A stretch of 63,923 nt of DNA, the filler included, from Octopus bimaculoides (Eukaryota): the NCBI RefSeq assembly GCF_001194135.2. It is 4 parts of 4 records of this genome, joined end to end, with 100 filler letters (N's around TTAATTAATTAA, not from the genome) between each part and the next. Parts side by side here need not be neighbours in the genome. Positions count along the whole stretch, not along the records: positions 62,899 to 63,923 come from NC_068999.1; 3 more parts are not named here. One strand, 5' to 3'. The position numbers and the translations under genes were made by a program. This document shows positions 63,290 through 63,923 of the stretch, in pieces. The notes under the pieces were generated by a model. That model was not told where the DNA came from. It saw only the letters and a list, made by a program, of their open reading frames with translations, and ran no database searches. Every line of letters starts with the position of its first letter. Position 1 is the first letter of the stretch.

Positions 63290-63740
63290 ACGAACGCATG
63301 CACGCATGCATGCTATGTATGTATGTACGCATACACCGGCAGCATGCATGCATACATACATACATACATACATACATAAATAGATAGACAGATAGATAGA
63401 TAGATAGATAGATAGAATGTTAGATAGATACATGCATACGTACATACATACATACATACATACATACATACATGCGTACGTACGTACATGGCATACAGGC
63501 AGACATATATATACATACGTATATATATACATGCATACACACATGCATACATACTTAAGGTGATGCTTCAGCATGGCCATAGACAAATGAATGAAACACG
63601 TAAAAGAATAAAAAGAAAAGAAATACATACATACATAGAAGTGTACGTACGTACCTACGTACGTACAGATGTATTCTGTGTGCATGCACATACATACACA
63701 CACACACACACACATTCTCACACACTCCGAAGCATGCACT
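63290..63740. repeat. (CATA)n/(GATA)n/(CA)n microsatellite field
   Basis: Read directly. Confidence 0.92.
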
Positions 63741-63819
63741 CACACACGTGTATGTGGAGAAAAGCAGACACGCTTTACACACTCAAGTGGTTTTATTTCA
63801 GTAATAAAAGGTAGCAGAA

Positions 63820-63858
63820 CCAACAGCAGTAGCAGCTGCAGTAACAGTAGTAGTGGTG

Positions 63859-63923
<65 letters not shown>
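63820..63923. repeat. (GTA)n/(GTG)n microsatellite
   Basis: Read directly. Confidence 0.97.

Overview
This is AT-rich eukaryotic DNA from a gappy short-read scaffold, with many N runs and microsatellites. The repeat families look like those of an octopus-type cephalopod; that is recognition from memory, not a database result. Most recognisable sequence is decayed transposable elements. These include at least five tRNA-type SINE families, a GAT-tailed short repeat, RTE, CR1-like and R4/Dong LINE fragments, several Tc1/mariner remnants and foldback MITEs. Penelope-like termini carrying hammerhead-ribozyme motifs also occur. No gene could be named with confidence, and there is no rRNA, intact tRNA or CRISPR array. 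A CpG-rich block at about 45.2-46.3 kb has outward-facing splice donors and looks like a bidirectional promoter. Right of about 49.4 kb the DNA, including copies of a SINE that keeps its CpGs further left, is CpG-depleted, suggesting a methylated gene body with a candidate first coding exon at 50984-51098. To the left are several unidentified minus-strand candidate exons. The best leads are the hammerhead motifs (near-intact at 41576-41625, and one linked to a tRNA-like head at 9.5-9.8 kb), the methylation boundary with its promoter, and the unidentified exons. All alignments and translations were done by eye, so many boundaries are approximate.
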